Origin: Hydrolagus colliei
Lineage: Eukaryota
Assembly (NCBI GenBank): GCA_035084275.1
Contig: CM068748.1
Coordinates: forward strand, 12,772,001-12,836,000
DNA: 64,000 nucleotides
Direction: 5' to 3'
The translations under genes were made by a program, and so were the position numbers. Of this stretch, positions 61,539 through 64,000 are shown piece by piece (position 1 is the stretch's first letter; each line of letters starts with the position of its first letter). The notes beneath the pieces were generated by a model. It was not told where the DNA came from. It made no database searches and saw nothing but the letters and a program-made list of their open reading frames with translations.

Positions 61539-61607
61539 TAACAACAACAACAACAAAATTACACTTGTATAGCGCCTTTCACGTCAGGAGGACGTCCCAA
61601 GGCGCTG
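61539..61607 (-). mobile_element. L2 terminal stem-loop only (type b)
   Basis: (aac)n tail plus agcgcctttcacgtcaggaggacgtcccaaggcgctg. Confidence 0.9.
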
Positions 61608-63266
61608 GGTACTTCAGCCTGAAGCTATCACCAACTTTGGTGAAATATGCTTGCAACGAGTTAAATATTCTGCACTTGCCATTTTTTTTCTAGTCAACAA
61701 AGTATCTGACACATGAGAAAACCATCTCTGAGAGTTGCACATATGTATGCCAAATACACACAGTAATTCTGTCCCTGGGGGAAGCACCCACTTACCTAAT
61801 TTTCCAGAGTATTAGATGTAGGTTGGCAAGAGTCAATGCTTTTGGATTTCAGGTAAAACCACATTTGAATTCTGCATATTTGTTGAAGGGCACAATCCCA
61901 CTAAATTGTCACTGAGCATTTGTTTTATTGCAACAGGCAAATAACAACTGCTCCTGAAACCATTTCTAGGTGTTCGGAGCATCAGGCACCATCACGATTC
62001 ACACAGGCTTAACACCTCTTTTATACTTCATTGGCCATTGCAAAACAACTGCAAAGTCATAATAATTTACTGTGAATCATTCAATATGAACAAGAATTCA
62101 TGAACCAAATCAGTCTGAATACAGCTTCAAATCTATCCTTACACCAAGCATTTGAAAATTCCACAACCATCTACGTTACAGATCAGTCGAAAATGTCAGC
62201 CCATCCTTTCCGATAAAATATGTAAAATATCACATCAAACAATGTTGGCATCATGTTGTTCTTTCTTTCATGCAAAGAACCTCACAACTCACAAGTTATC
62301 TGCTAATAAGAAAACTTACACAACGATTTATTTATTTTCACTTCAAAGCACATGAGACTTCTACCAATGACCAACTCTTGCTTAAACAGTGCATGATTGT
62401 GCCTCATATTCCCTCACCCACTGGTTTCCTTCCTCTCTGTATGAAGTGAGACACCTCCTTCACATTTATCCTTGGCATGTGGTAAAAACATTGTGCCGCT
62501 ATGTGCTAAGGTGTAATTGGAATTGATACCTAGTCACCAACTTTGTTCCAATTTTTACCAAAAATGCCTCAGCACATAAAGGGTTAAAAATGTGCCTGTC
62601 AAAAGTAGAAGTGAATTAATAACATTACACTTCATCTCAGCTCAGAAGGGAAAACAGAAATATTATGTTCAATTAGATGAAACGCCAAGCATACTGTCAT
62701 CATTATGTGAAATTAATTGACCAGTCAGTTACTGTCTACCAAAGACTCATGCCACTTGAAGTAATGGAATGCTTTTTCATACACCTTCATACATCCTGAA
62801 AATCACGAATATCAAACACTTTGTCCCACTGCCTGGATCGAATTTTTGTCATTTAGTAATTTACCAGGATGCAACAACCATCTGTTCATTTATTCTGAAT
62901 TTCTGAAGCTGACTTTAAGTCGCTTGATGGATTGTGGTGCAGGAAATTGGAAGGGAAGAACTACATTATGCTACAAACCTCAGTAGGTACATGTTCCTAC
63001 CTACATAGAGTTCATCACATAAGTCATTTCAGTGCCCAGATTCTTCCCTTAAATTGCACTTACTCAGCGAAAATGTACTACAAACAGTTGGCATTTGTGT
63101 TTGAGCGCAAGAGTAGTATTTTTGTAGAATTTAAAGTGTTAATTTATATATGAAAATATGTATCCAGATTGGCGCTTGTAAGCAAATGTCTAAAACATAG
63201 TCAAACACTGCATGTCCGTAAATTTAGAATAGGTCACTGAATTAATTTAAAAGTTACAAATCCCTG

Positions 63267-63298
63267 CTTTAATAAACATATACTTTAATAAACATATA
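63267..63298. repeat. 16-bp tandem duplication
   Basis: ctttaataaacatata twice. Confidence 0.9.
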
Positions 63299-64000
63299 CA
63301 TATACATATACAACCAGTTTCAAGAACAAGCAATACCTTGTTCTTTACAGATATTTGGCAATCATAGCCCAAATCAAATACAGTGGAGCCATGTGAGAGG
63401 TTTGTGTCACTGGCCCCTTACTCTCATAGTTCTGAACTCTACTATGCACTTTTGGTTCATGTCCTTTGCATAAAATGCACCAGTAATGTACCTCTGAATG
63501 AATGTTTCCAAATGAATGAACCACCTGTTAGTCAAAGATATTAATCAACTTCTTATTTCATATTTGTGCAGCAATGTTATTTACCCATGTTTTACATTTT
63601 GTCATATCAAAGCAACCACAGTCTGTACATAACAGTTCTTCAATTATTTTGCAGCCCAATAAGTTGTCCGTATTGCTGGGAATCCAGTGACTGCTCAGTG
63701 TTTTTATTGCACCTCAACCTTCCCTGGCCTTTCAGATAGGCAACGTTAATGTTAACAACCTTTACTTAATAGCCTTTATACATCACAGTTTTAGGGGAAA
63801 AAATTACAAAATGTATTTAAATAGAATTTCTTCCCCGTGATATCAATTTTAAACTGAATTGATCTGAGTTGGGTTTAAAAAATAAATATTTCAAAGCAGC
63901 ATTTTTATATATCTAGCCAATTTTTAAAAAATCATTTAATTTTAAAAAATTCATTTTTCAGAAGCAAAGCAATAAATCACTGGGGCACTGATAGCATGAC

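Noticed and set aside
646-63153. Remaining 60-130 aa ORFs in the track
   Set aside because: Lengths are expected by chance, many use non-ATG starts or overlap SINE/LINE copies, and no recognisable domain or consistent exon chain was seen

Overview
This is an AT-rich vertebrate intronic or intergenic window. The repeat content (L2 LINEs with (GTT)n tails, tRNA-headed Deu-domain SINEs with L2-type tails, CR1 LINEs, a Penelope-type shark repeat) points to a cartilaginous fish, most plausibly a chimaera; this is inference from remembered consensus sequences, not a search. I recognise no intact host protein-coding gene. The clearest elements are a 1.35 kb near-intact 5'-truncated L2 ORF2 (31679-33027) and a young 1421 bp non-autonomous hAT-type DNA transposon (52720-54140) with 13 bp TIRs, an 8 bp TSD and an internal C-rich minisatellite. 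There are also about 20 SINE copies, many L2 and CR1 fragments, several nested insertions, local duplications, perfect hairpins and a few low-confidence splice-flanked exon candidates. All alignments and translations were done by eye, and boundaries of decayed elements are approximate.
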